Shown: positions 31,160-32,000 of the stretch, piece by piece
Numbering within the stretch: the stretch's first letter is position 1
How the letters are laid out: the number at the start of each line of letters is the position of its first letter
Assembly (NCBI GenBank): GCA_026393755.1
Contig: JAPKZO010000005.1
Coordinates: 242,149-274,148 of the forward strand
DNA length: 32,000 nucleotides
Source: Acidobacteriota bacterium
Lineage (GTDB): Bacteria > Acidobacteriota > Vicinamibacteria > Vicinamibacterales > JAKQTR01
Direction: 5' to 3'
Position numbers and translations under genes: made by a program
Notes under the pieces: generated by a model
The model's input: only the letters and a program-made list of their open reading frames with translations
Databases searched by the model: none
Told to the model about the DNA's origin: nothing

Positions 31160-31188
31160 AGTATACGTCACGGCCGTAGATACGTCAA
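31160..31188 (-). promoter_or_regulatory. Promoter of the RelE-like toxin operon; implies a leaderless transcript
   Basis: On the minus strand: TTGACG (rc 31183-31188), exactly 17 nt, TATACT (rc 31160-31165). The GTG start follows 7 nt after the -10. The direct repeat TGACGTAT occurs over both the -35 and the spacer/-10 edge. Confidence 0.5.
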
Positions 31189-31281
31189 AGACGTAAGACC
31201 CAGTGCGCACTCGAGCGCGGCCTCAAATGCACTGAGCGGCAGAACCGCCGGAGCCGGTGGGATAGGCCAAATGGAACGGCA

Positions 31282-31447
31282 GTCGTGATCACCGGTCACT
31301 GGAGAGGGTGGCCGCGACCACCGGCCACTCGGGCCGGAGGTCGTGATCCCCAGTCACTGGGGCCGGGGATCATGATCCCCAGTCACCGCGGCCGGGGGGC
31401 GCGATTACCATTCATTGCGGCCGGCGATCGTGAACACCAGTCACCTG
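31282..31447. repeat. Six degenerate tandem units (~26-31 nt), consensus about GTCGTGATCACCGGTCACTGGGGCCGGNG
   Basis: Units are 31282-31310, 31311-31339, 31340-31368, 31369-31399, 31400-31425 and 31426-31447. The same family occurs at 12061-12147. There are no unique spacers and the period is not a multiple of 3. Confidence 0.75.
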
Positions 31448-31448
31448 T

Positions 31449-31477
31449 TTGACGTCCGTCCAGGATAGGCGTATGGT
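31449..31477 (+). promoter_or_regulatory. Candidate promoter for the downstream exported-protein gene
   Basis: TTGACG (31449-31454), 17 nt, TATGGT (31472-31477). It would give a ~200-nt 5' UTR. Confidence 0.3.
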
Positions 31478-31687
31478 CAAACCGTTCTTTGCCGGTCAAC
31501 CACGCGGCGTCAAGGCAAGATCGCAATGGCGCGTCGTTGCTGCTGCTGCCAGCCCGTCAATCGCTCCCCGCCCAGGGTTCTACCTGGTCCTGGCTTGATC
31601 CCGAGAGCCTCCCTCGACATCTGCCCCCGGTCTTACCAGCCGTGACGTTCGCGCGCGGCCGTCGGTGTGTGAATCCGGGAGGACCCT

Positions 31688-32000
31688 ATGAAGAGATTAT
31701 GGCTGGCACGAACAGCCTTCATCGTTTCCGTTTTCGCGATGGTCCCTGGCGGCGCAGCCGCGCAGGACGTCACGCCGCCAGGGCTGGTGAGTTTTTCCTT
31801 TGCTCCGACGAGCATTGACGTGAGTGGTAGCGCGGCGGACGTGGCGATCACCCTCCGCGTGACGGATGAGCTGTCCGGCGTCTTGAGCGGGTACATGTAC
31901 TTCTATAGCCCCTCGTCAGGGCAGTACGGTTTTGCCTGGTTCGATTCGCGGATGCGCATTTCCGGAGACGCCCACGACGGTGTGTACCAAGTCACGATGA
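31688..32000 (+). CDS. 5' part of an exported protein; the gene runs off the right edge
   Basis: GGGAGGA lies 4 nt upstream of ATG 31688. The signal peptide MKRLWLARTAFIVSVFAMVPGGAAAQD is followed by Ig-like-looking beta strands (LVSFSFAPTSIDVSGSAADVAITLRVTDELSGV). The frame is open to the window end and is not listed in the ORF track because no stop is reached. Confidence 0.6.
   Translation, partial: MKRLWLARTAFIVSVFAMVPGGAAAQDVTPPGLVSFSFAPTSIDVSGSAADVAITLRVTDELSGVLSGYMYFYSPSSGQYGFAWFDSRMRISGDAHDGVYQVTM

Noticed and set aside
31282-31447. Possible CRISPR array, given ~29-nt repeats.
   Set aside because: The units are directly adjacent with no unique spacers and are degenerate. No cas genes are in the window. 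It is a tandem repeat, not a CRISPR.

Overview
This is a GC-rich bacterial chromosomal window, roughly two-thirds G+C by eye (not computed). The repeat vocabulary and gene content suggest a soil Acidobacteriota-like organism, but that is inference only.

Most real genes lie on the minus strand. Many long ORFs in the track are antisense shadows caused by the high GC content.

Backbone content:
- A giant secreted multidomain protein of about 2,175 aa with no function I can recognise (2151-8678).
- An S9-type serine peptidase (8803-11928).
- A YtrA/GntR-regulated ABC module (12834-15466).
- A compact GH3 beta-glucosidase / MFS sugar transporter / ROK kinase operon (16014-20898).
- A GH55-like double beta-helix protein fused to an SMP-30-like beta-propeller (24144-27068).

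Accessory content between these:
- Toxin-antitoxin modules: hicAB, higBA, an orphan brnA, a DUF433 gene with a truncated partner, and a RelE-like toxin whose antitoxin is frameshifted.
- Two patches of gene fragments (21.2-22.0 kb and 22.9-23.8 kb).
- Two integrase (rve) remnants.
- A dense set of dispersed non-coding repeats.

Most distinctive non-genic signals:
- A family of five co-oriented ~115-nt elements bounded by CGGTTAT...ATAACCGATCG inverted repeats. Two copies directly abut truncated DUF433/DUF5615 genes.
- Mosaic modules containing ATGTCTCCGG.
- GC-rich REP-like hairpins, one of which cuts an antitoxin gene after codon 16.
- A degenerate ~29-nt tandem array present at two loci.
- A repeat module shared between an intergenic region and the reading frame of the S9 peptidase.

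All functional calls come from motif recognition by eye. No database search was possible.
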